From: Somniosus microcephalus
Lineage: Eukaryota
Assembly (NCBI GenBank): GCA_052327205.1
Contig: CM126224.1
Span: forward strand, 19,096,001-19,160,000
Length of the DNA: 64,000 nucleotides
Direction: 5' to 3'
The number at the start of each line of letters is the position of its first letter. Position 1 is the first letter of the stretch. Made by a program: the position numbers and the translations under genes. Below are positions 62,421-64,000 of the stretch, one piece after another. The notes under the pieces were generated by a model. The model saw only the letters and a program-made list of their open reading frames with translations. It did no database searches and was not told the DNA's origin.

Positions 62421-64000
62421 AGTTGAAGATAATGAAAACAACAAAATTCCTTTGTCACACACTGATGTACCACAACCTCAAGAACCTACAGAAGTCACTC
62501 CCTTCATGACATACTGTTCACTAGGGTGTTCACTAGGTCACAATATTATTGACCCAGTCCTCACCTATGGGATTGGAGAACAGCTTGATGCTGCAACGGG
62601 GTGGAAAAATAAACACGTCGTTCTGCAGCTGTGTCATCACTCGGCACTGATCTCGCACAAGTGGTAAAAAACAAACAGCACCTGAGGAAAGCAGGTCAGA
62701 CTACTTCGCTCTGCTAGGACAACACCTGTGCCCTACACAGTTCACACACAACTGGGAAAATTACCTGTTTTGTTAACGTGAAAGCCATGACATGGTACCA
62801 ACACCTGGCAGTTTCTCTAAAACTGTCTGCTGTGATGCACTCGCTCAGCCAGGCCTAGCCTTCAGCTGACAGACAAAAAAGTTTCAAATGACACATTTGC
62901 ACCCAGAACACGTTTAAGCTGGCGAAATATAAAGTACAATTGTGTAAAGCCACAGTCACTAAAAGGGTTGGAAGATTTATATTTTCTCTCCAGCAACTGC
63001 TGCAAATGTTTCCCCTTGGGCTCCGTCAACTGCAAGCTTAAGAAATCAAGTTTTGCCCACACAAAGCAAAAGGGCCTTTTGCTGCTGGGAGAGTGGAATA
63101 CCTATTATTATCTGGGGGTTCTCTTCCCCCTCTCATAATAAGAGGTCGTAGGCAGCATAACATTCTCAACAAGCAAAGGACATGGCAAACTTGAAAGTCA
63201 GCCTTGCACTTACTGCTGTCAAGAAATTCCATTTAGAGCCAACTTTTAACACGTAATGTTTAAACAAAGTTTAAGGATATCACAGATTAGAAAAAAGATT
63301 TCTACGGTTCCTAGCTCAAATATGCAAAAGGTTTAAAAGATTTGGGAGGTCCAAACATAGAATAAATGAGCACAAAGCTGCAGCAAGTTAGTTTCTCGAT
63401 CAGCTAAAGACTGATTCTTGGTGCAAAGCTGACTGGCAACAACGAGCTAATAGAATAATTACACGGCCTTTGGACAGCGATTCCCCCTAGTTGATCTTTT
63501 TCCATTTTGTTTTATTATCTTGATAACTTGCAATTGTCCTGCTCCAACATCTCTTGCTGGGTATACGGCACTGAATTTTGTCTCATCATTCTGACCAGCT
63601 GTCAGCTTTATTTACTGACTCTAAATTAGCCGGTTTGCAGTTGTAAACCAGCCATAACCAACCTGTAAATTCTTGGTTCTAAATGTAGTTTCATTATTAT
63701 AAAAGAAAAATGACCACACTAGAGAGAGAGAGAGAGAGAGAGCCGTCAATCTGTGGTGAAAGCCCATATTCCTAGTTGGAGCTCAGTAGACACCACACAC
63801 AAATTGCTGAACCTTTTAGCTTCTAAACAGGCTTGACAGTAGAGCTGAATTGGGCGCTCTACTCCCTTTAGCAGTATTGTTTGAAGAGGGAGGCGCCAGA
63901 GGGGCATTTTTTGTGGGGGTTTTATTTTTAAAAAGCCACTCAAGGTCAGCCACGCAATACCGCACTGAGGAATTCTCCGAAACGTGGCAAGGTTTTGATT

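Noticed and set aside
63038-63232. Cys/Leu-rich ORF as a possible secretory leader
   Set aside because: The donor at its 3' end is weak and phase 2, incompatible with the phase-0 acceptor.

Overview
Vertebrate genomic DNA, most likely a shark or other elasmobranch, judged from its repeats (HE1/V-SINE-like and SacSINE1/DeuSINE-like SINEs, CR1, L2 and RTE LINE fragments, Penelope-derived repeats). The main feature is a complete gelsolin gene (gsn) on the minus strand. I resolved 16 coding exons by hand, from the ATG at 50572 to the stop at 7511. All introns are GT-AG with consistent phases, giving 2196 nt and 731 aa, including the gelsolin-specific C-terminal tail latch. The 5' UTR or signal-peptide exons are not resolved. 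Downstream of the gene, a young Ty3/Gypsy LTR retrotransposon (1-3312, running off the left edge) is nested in an older Gypsy element (about 3313-5061). The most unusual signals are: (1) the young element has no tRNA primer-binding site but forms a gap-free three-way RNA junction pairing the PBS position with its own LTR, suggesting self-priming, and its RT motif is YLDN rather than YxDD; (2) a Penelope-derived foldback with minimal hammerhead ribozyme motifs sits just upstream of the last gsn exon; (3) the gelsolin lacks the mammalian caspase-3 site (DQTD is YQTE here). A 500-N assembly gap lies at 10547-11046. Repeat boundaries are approximate and family names come from recognition, not database searches.
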